64,000 nucleotides of DNA from Caecitellus pseudoparvulus (Eukaryota > Protista > Bigyra: Bicosoecida). A program made the translations under genes and the position numbers. Within the stretch, counting starts at the first letter, position 1, and each line of letters begins with the position of its first letter. Where the stretch lies: positions 992,001 to 1,056,000 of the forward strand of contig CBFFRQ010000068.1 in assembly GCA_965644315.1 (NCBI GenBank), read 5' to 3'. The notes beneath the pieces are model-generated. The model did no database searches and was not told the origin of the DNA. It worked only from the letters and a program-made list of their open reading frames with translations. Shown piece after piece: positions 41,811-52,886 of the stretch.

Positions 41811-43016
41811 TCACACTGCCTCTGGCGCTACGACTGTGACGCTGCCCCAACCGCCACCTGTGAGAGCTGCCGGGGCGGCTGCCACAGGCTTCTCACCGCT
41901 GGCCTCCAGCGCCTTGTCCAGGCGCTCTAGAATCTTCGCAGCGCGGTTGAAGACGCCGTATGTCTCCTTGCCACACGCAGCACAGGTGGTGTTGGTCTTG
42001 TACCGCGCCAGCGCGCACGGCTCGCAGGTGTAGTGCTTGCACTGTGACTCCACGGGCCGGCGGCCAGCGGGAACGAGCTCAGCCCACGGCTTGCGGCAGA
42101 TGAAGCAGGCATACGGCAGCTCTTCTTCCTGCTGTTCGCCTCCCTTGCCGCCTTCTTCCGTCGGCTTGCCGTCGCTGTCCAAAATCCGCCCTTCAGCGTC
42201 TACGTTTAGGCCTGCTGCCAACGCAGCGTTTCGCTTGCGCTGGCGCGATTGCCAGTCTGCTTCCTGCTTCCAACCAGCCGTGAACTTCTCCCGCATGTGG
42301 AGGAACTTGCACGCATCGCCCCATCCGCAGTAGCCAGTCTCATAGTAGTCTTTGCAGATGTCTGGCTGGTGGTCCATCACCGTGCTGGAGCGGATGTTGC
42401 TGGGGGCGCGCATGGGCCCCAGGGTGCCAAACGCCTTGCGCCGGGACAGGTCATCCTTGCTGCGCTGCACCAGATCACCTGAGGCAGCAGGGTCGCCGCC
42501 GGCAGACGCCTGTGCTGCCAGTTTGCGCTCGTACACCGCCACGGCATCCCGGTCGGTTTCTGTGTCGATGGTCCGCTCTGCGAATGCTGCGTCGAACTCC
42601 TGCAGCTTGGCCCCTGTGCTGCTGTATGTGCCAGGTCCTCCCGCAAGTGCCCCTTCACTGTCCTCTCCGGAGCGAGAAGCCTTGGCCTTGCGCGAAGTCT
42701 GTGCTTCTTGGCGAGCATGGGAGCCAGTGAGCAAATGCCGCTCCAGTGGCTTGTCCCAGCTGCATGGACAACGCACCGAAAATGTATTCACCTGCTTGGA
42801 AGGTGCTGTGACAGACGTTTGAGGCATCACCGCGCCACTGTCATCTTCCTGCGAATTCATGCAAGCGGGCCGCGTGCGGAGTTCCCGCGGAGCCAGCGTT
42901 TCAGGAGGAAACTCCCTCACCTCCAGCGTGCTGCGCTCCCTCCTGCGCTTGCGCTTACCACCCTTGCGCTGCTTGACAGAGCCGAAACTAATGGATTCTG
43001 CCTCTTGAGCTGCCAT
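41811..43016 (-). CDS. CWC24: Spliceosomal CCCH plus RING protein Cwc24/RNF113
   Basis: GPMRAPSNIRSSTVMDHQPDICKDYYETGYCGWGDACKFLH, ELPYACFICR..CKHYTCEPCAL..CAACGKETYGVFNRA. In-frame introns are included in the ORF. Confidence 0.95.
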   Translation of the reverse strand: MAAQEAESISFGSVKQRKGGKRKRRRERSTLEVREFPPETLAPRELRTRPACMNSQEDDSGAVMPQTSVTAPSKQVNTFSVRCPCSWDKPLERHLLTGSHARQEAQTSRKAKASRSGEDSEGALAGGPGTYSSTGAKLQEFDAAFAERTIDTETDRDAVAVYERKLAAQASAGGDPAASGDLVQRSKDDLSRRKAFGTLGPMRAPSNIRSSTVMDHQPDICKDYYETGYCGWGDACKFLHMREKFTAGWKQEADWQSRQRKRNAALAAGLNVDAEGRILDSDGKPTEEGGKGGEQQEEELPYACFICRKPWAELVPAGRRPVESQCKHYTCEPCALARYKTNTTCAACGKETYGVFNRAAKILERLDKALEASGEKPVAAAPAALTGGGWGSVTVVAPEAV

Positions 43017-43399
43017 GCTCGGCAGGAACACGACACCTCTCCAGCGCAGTCGCGAACAAGCTCTGCCAGTTCTCTCGCCGGCAGGGGACCGTCTTTGCCG
43101 CAAGCCTTCCGCAGGCCAAAGACACAATGGCGCGGCGGGGGTGTGCATGTGCTGGCCATTGGGCATGCTGCATTATGGACAACATCTGGGATTTATGCCT
43201 GGCTGTCATGCGACGACTGAGTACAGCTCCACGCCTCACGGCAGCAGCAGCACCAATCGAATCAGGGAAGGGGCAACAATCCACAACCACAGCAGTTGGG
43301 ATATACATTTATCTTTTTCCTCCTGCATTCCCCCTCCTCAGCGCCCTGGGCCACAGCGTTTGCCAAACCAGGTGGCCCGTTTCGCCTGCGTTTCGACCC

Positions 43400-45235
43400 A
43401 TGGCTGCCGCATGGTTTGCCCGGAGCCTTCGGGCTCCCTTGTTGCATGCACGGCCAGCAGCAGCGTCTACTCCTGGAATATACCATCAGATCGGATATGG
43501 GGGCCACCTTTTGCGCCCCATGTCCATGCTGTCTGAGCTGGCTGCGCTGGACCATACGGAGCTGAGGAGGCGAGTTCGGCATGAACTCAGGGCTTGTACT
43601 CGCCCAGGACCTCGCAGGTACGGCCCAGCCATGCCGTGAGCGCATGGCACACCCATTCCATCACATGGTCTGCCACTTCCCGCCCCCTGCATCTGCTCAG
43701 AGCTGAGAAGGTCCTTAACGGTGAGCAGGGAGACTGGCCGGGAGCGCCTGCATCATGCGGTTCTGAACGTTGCCCACGTTGCCTCCCACGCAGTGCTGGA
43801 CGACATGCACACCCTCGGCGTGCCACCCCAAGACGCCGACTACCGCACTGTGATTCCCCTGCTTGTATACGAGAACCAGCTTGAGGAGCTGGATGCTGTG
43901 TACCTTGGTGCGTGCGAAGCACTGGCCCGGCCGCAGGCAGCCCGCCGAACCAAGGCTCACCCCATGGCACAGACATGAAGGCCAGTGGTGTGATTCCTGA
44001 TCTCATCACGATTCGGTCCCTTCTGGAGGCGTACAGCCGGGCGGGGCACACTGGCAGAGTGTGAGTTGACGTGCACCGTCCATGTTCACTCTGCCTGCAC
44101 GACTGTAAGTGGCACGCAGGTTGGAACTGATCACCTTGGTACGAGCCTTGGGGCTGCAGGGAAGCGATATGGAGGAGCTCATGACCTTCTCCAAGGTGCT
44201 CTTTGGGCAGTGGATGGTGTCCCACTTTGAGCAATCGTGCGTTGCAAGTGCCAAGCTGAGGTGGTCTGGCCACTTCACATGACCCTGCGTTCCCGCGCCC
44301 CGCAGGTTCGCACTCATGACCAGCCTTCGTAATCAAGGAGCTCCCATTGCTGACATCATGCACACAGCGCTCGTGGAGCTCCACGGCAGGCACATGCGCC
44401 ACATTCGGCAACGCAGCGAGGTGCTCATGAAGCTCGCCAAGCACCTGGTGCCCAGCGACGACAGCACTGACGCAGAGCTCTTGGTGCTGTATGACTACTC
44501 TTGCGAACAAGCTGAGGTGCCGGTGCTTCGCAGTGTGCGTCGCGCCTCCCGCCGCCGCTGACCTAGGCAGGCACCTAACACTGCTTGCCCGCGCCCGCCT
44601 CGCAGCTCCTGGACTCAGAGCGGGTGGCGGGGCTGCTGGACTCTGCTCGTGTTGAGGCCGGTGCAGCGTGCCTGGCTCGTTGCTTGGCTTCCCCAGGGAC
44701 ATGGCGTGCAGCTGACTTGCATGCGATGTATCAGCAGGTGTGCGGGCTGCTGGGCCTCCTGGGCGGCAGCGACTTGGCCCTCGCGGACAGCACCCTGGAG
44801 GACGTCATGTGGGCAGCCCATGCATTGCATCAGCCCACTCATGCCTTGTACATGGCCCTGGGCCTCGCCCAGCGGGGCGTCCGCGTTTCACAGTGGCAGC
44901 AGCTGCCGCACCTGGCACTCAGTGCAGCTTGCCTGGATGGCGTGCAGGCTGCCGCAGCGCCCATGGAGAACGCCCCCGCTGCTGCACCAACCCAGGCACT
45001 CCAGGGGGCTTCTGGATCCGCGCTGGCTGTCGAGCTGTGCCGTGCTCTGTGCCCAGCCATGCGGCAGTCTCTGGTGCTGGAGCAAGTCCAGCAGCAGCTG
45101 GCAACGCAGGCTGCGACTGGCGACACGACAGATGCCTTCTTGGACACTGACAGCGACGAAGACAGCGACCAGGACCTGGAAGACATGCAGTTCACGAGCG
45201 ACGATGAGGAGGGCCTGGCACCAAGCCGGCATTGA
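43400..45235 (+). CDS. Pentatricopeptide-repeat-like protein, probably mitochondrial, multi-exon
   Basis: Presequence-like MAAAWFARSLRAPLLHARP. PPR-like segments LDDMHTLGVPPQDADYRTVI and DMKASGVIPDLITIRSLLEAYSRAG. Exon structure is approximate. Confidence 0.65.
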
Positions 45236-45251
45236 CAGGTTAAATGTGCCA

Positions 45252-48232
45252 CTAGTCCACGCTGCCGAAGCGCATGCGCAGCCATGCTTCGAACTGAGGG
45301 TCAAACCGTTGTGGGATGTGATGTTCATCCCTCAGCTCTTTGTCCAGCTCGACTGGGTTGGCGGACCTTGCAATGAACTCCGCCTGAGCCCCGCCCATCT
45401 CGCCGACACCCCCCGCCGGCACGAGGGACGACGTGGAAGCCGCCCCCGTGTACGTTTTCCCTGCAATGATGGCTTGATGCCGCGCCTCCTCGGAGCCTGC
45501 CCAGTAGGGGGGGATTTTCGACGCCCGCAGCGCCTCTCGCGCTGCCTTCCCGCCTGCCATGGTGGTCTGCGTTCGGTGTAGCTCGGTTGCAGCCTTGGCC
45601 GCAGTCACCTTGGCTTTGTACTCCCGGCTGGCCTTCGATTTCATTTGCTTGTGGAAGAGCGACAGCGCGTGGCGATTCCACGCAGACGTCAGTGAGAGGG
45701 CGTTGCGGGGCACGGTTGGGTCCCAGTCCATGGCTCGCTTGGCATCACCAGAGAGCCGGTACTTGCCCGGGGGGCGCTTCACCCTGTCGGGGTCGGGCAG
45801 CGGCCACGCAGCCTCGGCTTCCTTGGTGTCAGCCCTGTATGCTGCCTTGGCTCCTTTATGCCGCTTTTGGAAGGACTTGAACACGGCAGCTGCAGCAGCG
45901 GTGCCTTTCGTGTACGTGCGCATCTCGCGGGCGAGCAGGTCCTCCTCTTTCGCTATGGCCTCCAGCTGGGCGGCGCGTCGCTGAATGTCTCTCCGCCGCT
46001 GCTTTGCAGCCGCTTCTCCAGCCCCAAGGGCATCTTGCAGCTCACCCGCGAGCTTTTCATCAGCAATGCCGGAGATCAAGGACACTGGGCTCTGCCCATT
46101 GTTGTTCACTGCATGCGTGTTTGCTCCAAAAGCAACGAGCAGCTGAGTCAACTCCACATCCTTGGCCATGATCGCAAAGTGCAGCGGTGTCATGCCGTAC
46201 TTGTTCGTACTGTTCACATTCTCGCCCTTCTCGGCCAGCAAATATCGTGCCCTGCGCAGGTCCCCATCTTGGCAGGTCTTCAGGATGCTGCGATTGTCAA
46301 GCAGCAGGCAGCACTGGGCAGCCCGGCGCTTGCGACCAGCTGCACCGGAGGCCCCTGAAAACACTGCCAAGCTGGCTGAAGAACTCTCAAGCTTTGCAGC
46401 AGCCAGGGCCGTCAACCCACGGTTATTCTTCGCGCGCGTGTTTGCTCCCATGTTCAGGAGCACGTCCACAGCCTCGCTCCACCCATTGCGAGCAGCAAGA
46501 ATGAGCGGGGTGTTGCCATCCTCATCTTTCGAGTGAATGTCAGGGTACACTCGCTGCGCTGATCCTCCAGCCGGAACCCACATATCAATGACACGATTCT
46601 TCGTCGCTTCTTCCTGGCGCTGCTTGTTGATGTGGTGCATGCGCTTGGTCTGGTGGCCTGCATCCACACGCAGGTACGACGGCGACCGGTCCACGTGCAC
46701 TTGCCACCCACGCTTCTTGAGGCCCTCCAACTTGGACACCTTGCCAAGCTTTGCCAGCTCGCGGAACTCCTCGTTGATTTGGGCCTGCGTCTCCCTCATG
46801 GACAGGCGCTCCTGCTCCTTCAGCAGCTGCTCATCGGTGGCCTCCCTTGCCAAGCCCCTGTGCTGGCGTCGGCGGCTCTGTGGCTTGGACTCGTCACCGT
46901 CCGCCGGCATGTCCCCTCCCTCTTTCAGCCATGGTTGTTCTGCAGTCAAGGCTTCGGCTTCTGCGTCGTGTTCCCAATGCTCCTTTGCGGACTGCCTTCT
47001 TCGTGCCCCGCTGCTGCTTTTTGCCCGCCCCCCGCCGATGTCCGCCACGAAGAGAGGCGGGTTCAGCTGCGATTCAAAGCTAAACGGACTCCGGCACACC
47101 TCTTCCAGGGCCACTGCGAACCCTTCGAAACACTGTGGCTCCATCTTGACCACCATGCCCACTGCGTCGTCGCCGTAATCCACCTTGCCAAGGGCCCCCC
47201 ACTTCATGGCTTCAGCTGTTGCCGCGTAAACGTCTTCATACGCCACGCGCATGAGCCCGTTCACCATGCCTGATCCCCCTCGATGGGCAACATATCGCAT
47301 GTCGCCCACGTGCCCCATGCGGTTCTTCGCAGAGACGCCCACCGTACCGGTGTACAACCCCCCGCTGGCGTCCTCCTTCACCTCGCCTGAAGGTGGCTTG
47401 CCTGTGGCCCACTTGAACAGCTTGAACCGTTTCATGACTTCTGATGGCCGCATGGAGTCAGGAAAAGTCGCTTCGACCTTGGAAACCCCCCCCTCATCTG
47501 GCATTTCCCGGTTGCTGCTGCCTGGTCTGAGGCAGGCCTCGGCATCGCGGTTCGCAGCGTTGGCATTCCTGAGCACTACACCCCGGACCGTGGACAGCGG
47601 GTTTGAGGGCCCCTTTGTGAGTTCTGACAGGTCCTTCTTCGCGACGTCTTGGTCTTGATTTGCCCTCTTTGCCTGCTCCAGCTCCATGCGCTTTTCGGGG
47701 GCCAGGTACAAGTTCTCCTGCGAGGAGCATGAGAATTAGAGTCCCTGACCCGCCAAGGCTGCAGCCAGCCAAGTGAACACGCACCAGAGGAATGGCGTCA
47801 ACCAATTGTGGTGCATCCGTGAGCAAAGGGCGGTCTGAGTATCCGCTCGCGTACGCCACCCGGAGGCGCCTGCGAGATCCGGCACGGCTTGGTGTGCGCG
47901 GGTGTGACTTGCCCACAACGCAGCTTGCGCTGCCTCACTTCTCTTTGGGGGTCTGATACCAGCCAGGCTCCTCAGAAGGCTTGGGTGGGTTGCGAGCCAG
48001 AGCTCCTTTCATGTCCAGGTCTGCCACACGCCCACTCAAAGCATACGCTGCCGAAGACCTGTACTCGTCCAGCCGGCCGTGTGAGGCGCGTGCGGAATCT
48101 GGGTGAAGATCGTGAGCGCACTCGCAGGACGCACTGCATGATTAGCTTTGTCTCCTCATCTTGCACTCGTTGGAGCCATGGCGGAAGCTTGGGGCCATCG
48201 TCTCTTCGGGAGTCAACCTTGCTAGTTGCCAT
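45252..48232 (-). CDS. Ankyrin-repeat protein with long unrecognised flanks
   Basis: DEDGNTPLILAARNGWSEAVDVLLNMGA and NKYGMTPLHFAIMAKDVELTQLLVAFGA. Main exon 45252-47717; the 5' exons (MATSKVDSRR..) are inferred from GT-AG sites. Confidence 0.75.
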
Positions 48233-48585
48233 GGGACTGGCGCTGGGTCACGCGCGCAGGCCGTCTCGGAGGGGCTCAACCTCTGGCGCCTTGCCAGAGC
48301 AGTCCTTGGTCAGACCCGCTCACAGAGAGCCTTGTAGGTCTTATTGCGGTACCTGCTTTCACAGATGCAACAGCGAAATTTAGAGTGACGCTGGCGATGA
48401 TTACATCGAGTGCTAGTGGTGCGAGAGGGCTAACTTTGAGAGCAAACCTGAGTGGATGCATCCACGAGTTTCTCCTTTTCAGTGCTTCACAGGAATCAAT
48501 TTGCTCATCCTCGATACCAGCCACGGCCTGCACGACGACGGAGACCCACTCCTTGCAGCCATTTTCTCGGGAAAGCCGCGCAAGC

Positions 48586-49197
48586 ATGGCCCGGGCGGGG
48601 GCGGTGGAGGACATGAAACAGCCGTTCCCAACCATGGTGCAGCGCACGTGCTCCATGTACGCTTGCTGTGCGACGCGTCAGTATGTTTTTTTACACCGGA
48701 ACGGCGTAGCTATCATGGGACTTGCTCCGGGACATCCCGCCCTTTCTGGCTCTTCGGATGCTGCGTTGTCTGTGGCGTTCGAAGCAGGGATCAAGGTGCA
48801 GAGAAAGCGCAAGCGAGGCAAGCAGTCTGGCGCTGTGCAAGGCACTGAGACGCTATGCACGGTGAAGCGCGGAAGCTCAAGCTTCCCAATCACGGCAACG
48901 ATCAACAGCTACGTACTGGAACTGAACACAATGCTAGAGGGCGCCCCCGAAGTGCTGGAGCGCAGCGTACGTCCCCGCCACCCCGCTGCGGAAATCGGTT
49001 GGCCTCTCACAGCACCTTGTCGCTCGCAGCCTGACTGTGAGGGATTCCTGGCCATCTTGGCTCCAACTGAAGGAAAGATTGAATCACAAGACGTCAGTGC
49101 GCCGGGGGATGCAGCTACGTCAGGGACGACGCTGGTTCCCATGGACCAGTACATGTCGGCGCTGACCGCTGGCCAGCTGCCTGCTCTCAGCGGCTGA
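48586..49197 (+). CDS. ABITRAM: Abitram/FAM206A (GCS-H-like fold)
   Basis: QYVFLHRNGVAIMGLAPGHPAL, KVQRKRKRG, LCTV, VLELNTML..PEVL..PDCEGFLAIL. One in-frame intron near 48967-49029. Confidence 0.85.
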   Translation: MARAGAVEDMKQPFPTMVQRTCSMYACCATRQYVFLHRNGVAIMGLAPGHPALSGSSDAALSVAFEAGIKVQRKRKRGKQSGAVQGTETLCTVKRGSSSFPITATINSYVLELNTMLEGAPEVLERSVRPRHPAAEIGWPLTAPCRSQPDCEGFLAILAPTEGKIESQDVSAPGDAATSGTTLVPMDQYMSALTAGQLPALSG

Positions 49198-49235
49198 TTG
49201 TCAGAGAGAACGCTGCATTCACCAAGCAGGGCACA

Positions 49236-50397
49236 TCAGGCGCGGTGGGAAACATGCTCAGCGCTGGGGAGGACAGTCAGTCCGTCCTTGCGCGTCTCGA
49301 CGATGCTCTCGCGCCTGCCCGCCCTCACCACAAGAGCGCGCAGATCCGATGTACTGCTTGGCTGAGCCTGCAGCCCACTCAGTAGGGCTGTGCGGGCTGC
49401 TTTGAGGGTGTGCTGGAAGTGCAAGATGGCAGTGCTGGCGTCACCTCCACCCCCGCCAGCTGCAGGCGCAGCGGCCTCCGACACTTCTCCTGGACTGCCC
49501 CCTTCACTCAGCGTCTGCTTCAGGCGCACCCACGCATCCTGCATCACATCCGCCGTCATGGCAACCAGCCTGCAACGAGGGGGAGGGGGATCTCGGGGGA
49601 GTGCACAACTCGCTGGGTGTGGCAGGCTGGAATGCACGAGCGGGGCGCGGCAGGCGGGACGCACGGGACCATGAGCGAAGCAGGGGAGCTTGCAGTGCTA
49701 GCCAGCCCAGCGAAGCCTTGCAGGTCCACGCGGTCGGCTGTGTCTGGCTCCCTGATCTTGGTGCCGATGGCTGGGCACATGCTGGGCAGCGATGGAGTCA
49801 GCTTCAGCGCGCAGAATAGCATGAATGCCACGTCCAACACCGCGGCACAGAACGGGTACTCGTCGTCAGACGCCAGCACCAGGCGGCGCAACGAGGGCTC
49901 GGTTTCCACCACCTGCACCAACAACTCCAGGCCGAACTGCTTCGCTGCACGCACGTCACTCAACGGGCGTTTGCACTGGAAACCCAGGGATGTCCACGAA
50001 TCGTGCTCCACTCCGGGGAACGCTGGCCCTTGCGGTCCATACACTGCCAGCCAAAGTCGCTGCAGCAGCTCGACTGCAAGCGGGAGCAGAGACGTGCAGC
50101 GCACGTGCATGCAAGGTCAGCAGCCTAATGCCACGCACCTGCTTTTTCCTGATCGAGAGGCGCAGCAACTAAGGCTTTGAGCTGCTGGATTGCCTCCAGC
50201 TGATGGGGGGAGAGGGCGTTTCAAAGCGGAGAACGTGCAAGCAGCGAAACGCTCGCGAAACGAGCACCCTGCACACGCACTTGCGGGGCTGAAGCGAAGT
50301 CCTCGTAGTCAACCAGCAGAGCAGGTGCACAGCAAGCACACATTGTATTTGCCCCGGACTCGGAGGGGCGTCGAAGCAGAGGCTCACGCTCAGTCAT
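49236..50397 (-). CDS. ELMO/CED-12 domain (ELMOD-like) protein, multi-exon
   Basis: LLQRLWLAVY..WTSLGFQCKRPLSDVRAAKQFGL..YPFCAAVLDVAFML matches the ELMOD WxxxGFQxxxPxxDxR motif. Start MTEREPLL is inferred. Confidence 0.8.
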
Positions 50398-50806
50398 CCG
50401 CGCGGTGTCTGAGGCGGGGCTCTGTTGATGAGCCAAGGCAAGTTGCAGCCGGGCGGAGGTTGACACTGCCGAAGCGGGCACGGGCGTGGGGGACCCCACG
50501 CAACTTTGTCCTGGGAGGTGATTTGATTGTTTTGCCGTGCTCTGAGGGATGCAGCTGCTCCCCGCAGTGTCCGAAGAGGCTGACATGCAGTCGGCCACAG
50601 TCAGCAAACCCCGCTCGCCCCAGACACAGCCTCACCGGTGTTGTCAAGCGCCACGGTGCCTTGCCCCTGTGGCGCCCGGTTCCTCCGCCACACTGCCCTG
50701 TCTGGTGCCTCGCTCAGGTCCTGGCTCCGCGAGAGCTGTCTGCTGCTGCCTTGCTTGGCACGGGGACGTGCACAAGCACCGGCCGCAGAGCGGCGACGCT
50801 GTGGCC

Positions 50807-51670
50807 ATGCGTGTGCAGGTCTCCCTGAGTGTGTGGCTGGTGGCTCTGCTGTCATTGGGATGGGCGGCCACGCCTGCACAGGGTGGCGACAGGGAGGGCT
50901 GGGTGGCAGGGCTGCCAGGGGTGGGCAGCAGCAGCTCTGAGCCTGGGAGGCCACCCATCCTTCGGCTCCTGCAGGAAGACAGCAGCAACACCACGGGATT
51001 CGGCTTCAGCGTGAATGGCTGCAAGTGCCTCACTGCCTGCGACACGAGCTTCGACTCGCTCATCCCTTGGTGCACCACGTCTGAGATTGGTGTTCTGCGC
51101 GAGGAAGTGTTGAATCCTTGTGGGCAGTTCTCCCAGCGGAGATCTTCGTACTGGGATGAATGTGTCGTGAATGTCACGTCCGTTGACCATTTGGCAGAGA
51201 CTTTTGACCGTGAGCAAAGTGCCCAGTGAAACGGCTTCGAAACGCAGCCTCAGCATGCCTCGCGCCCTCCCCCACCACCCCCACAGAGCAATGGGAGCTC
51301 ATGGTTCTGACAGCCACATCCAGTACAATGTCAGTCTTCTTCCTTGCAGGAGCCAGGGCCCTCTTCAGCATGTGCAACGTCCTGCACAAGGTGTGGTGGC
51401 TGCCGCTGTTTTTTGTCTTCTGGGGGGGTGTGCTGTCCAGCGTGTTTAGTAGTCTAACTTGTGAGTGCAGGAGGCCTAACGGCCGAGCCTGTAAAACCCT
51501 GATCACGATCCGCCTCGCTGTCGCCTTGCCCAGCCCTCATCATCGCCCAAGTGTACTTGGCCATCCCGTACGCCATTCCGCAATCCTTCGCCATAGCTTT
51601 GGGGGCGACGCAAGCGGCCGTTCTATGCTACTGGCAATTAGCACGGGGCTTTACACCAGCAAGCATGTAG
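50807..51670 (+). CDS. Hypothetical membrane protein: signal peptide, Cys-rich extracellular module, 3-4 TM helices
   Basis: MRVQVSLSVWLVALLSLGWAATPA, then NGCKCLTAC..PWCTTS..CG..YWDEC, then hydrophobic exons ending at TAG 51668-51670. Confidence 0.6.
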
Positions 51671-51699
51671 TGCGCCGTGTCCTGGGGGCTGCATTGGCA

Positions 51700-52701
51700 T
51701 CACTGCAAGAACAGCTCCGTGCAGATCTTCACGGTGTCCTCGGGGCAGGTGACGGTGTGCCCCTCCGTGCGCTCGGAGGAGAAGATCTCGTAGTCATTGC
51801 CGCCTTCGAAGGTCTTGTCTCCGAAGAAGTGGATGGTCTTGAACTCGCTGTCCAAGAAGCGCAGGCAGTACGTCTTGTCCCAGCCCTTGGGGAAGACGTC
51901 GAAGGAGATCTGGCCGCCGATGGAGAACTGCAGGCCATACTCCTCCCCGAACTTCTCCTGCAGGAAGGCCACCATCTTGGCGCGCACCTTGTGCTCTGCG
52001 TCGTACTCCTCGAAGGCGTTGCGCTCCTCGCGGGAGCAGTTTCGCCCGATTGGCGAGATGTTCAGCATGCCAGCGCGGAACTCCACGAATGTGCCTCTGC
52101 GCGGCCAGGCAAGCGGCGATGTGCCTGTGCGTGGGGAGGGTGCAGGGCGGGCGGCAGGTTCACTCACCGCTTGACGGGGCAGTCCACCTCAGTGGCGAGG
52201 TACAGCAGGACAGCGTTCAAGAAGGTCTTCAGCTTGTCCTCCCCCAGGAAGTCACGGAAGCTGGTACTGCCGATGGGCTGGCCGTCTTTGAAAGCCTGCA
52301 GGCCGTTCTCGGGGAAGGTGTAGTCGAACAAGTCTAGTACTGCGGCGGGTTCGGCGGGCTTGACGTGGGGGGGTTGGGTTGGGCCAGCAACACGAGTGTG
52401 CCTGCCGCACCGTCATCACCCAGCTGCTCCCTCTGCTTGACAAGGTCGCTGCCGCCCACCATGCCGATGTAGACTTTCTGTCTCAGGGTCTTCAAGAATG
52501 CAAGTGTGGCTTCATCGGCAGGCTGAGGAGGGGTAGGGCGGGGTTACTGCCGCGGGTTTTTACAGCACGACGAAGGGGCATGTCCCAGCCGCAGCAGCAA
52601 GCACGCACCTTGCGAGGGACTGTGAGAGTCCCATCTACATCGAAGAGAACAATGACGTCCTTGCTGCGCGAGTCGGGTGCCGAGGCTGCTTCGGCTGCCA
52701 T
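51700..52701 (-). CDS. PMM2: Phosphomannomutase (eukaryotic HAD-type PMM)
   Basis: [84 protein letters not shown]. Confidence 0.97.
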
Positions 52702-52886
52702 TGTTGCAAGGCAGCGAGCGGATTTTGGGGCCGAGGCACTTCCACGTGGTGACTGGGGCGTCGCGCACTCGTGTGTGTGGCTTTGAGGCAGATGCGATAC
52801 GCTTGCAGCTTCGAGAATGAATTGCCCCGCCAGGAAGGAGTGACTCAAGCGCCCGCGCTACTGCGCAGCCCCCAGAGGGGGCCTCC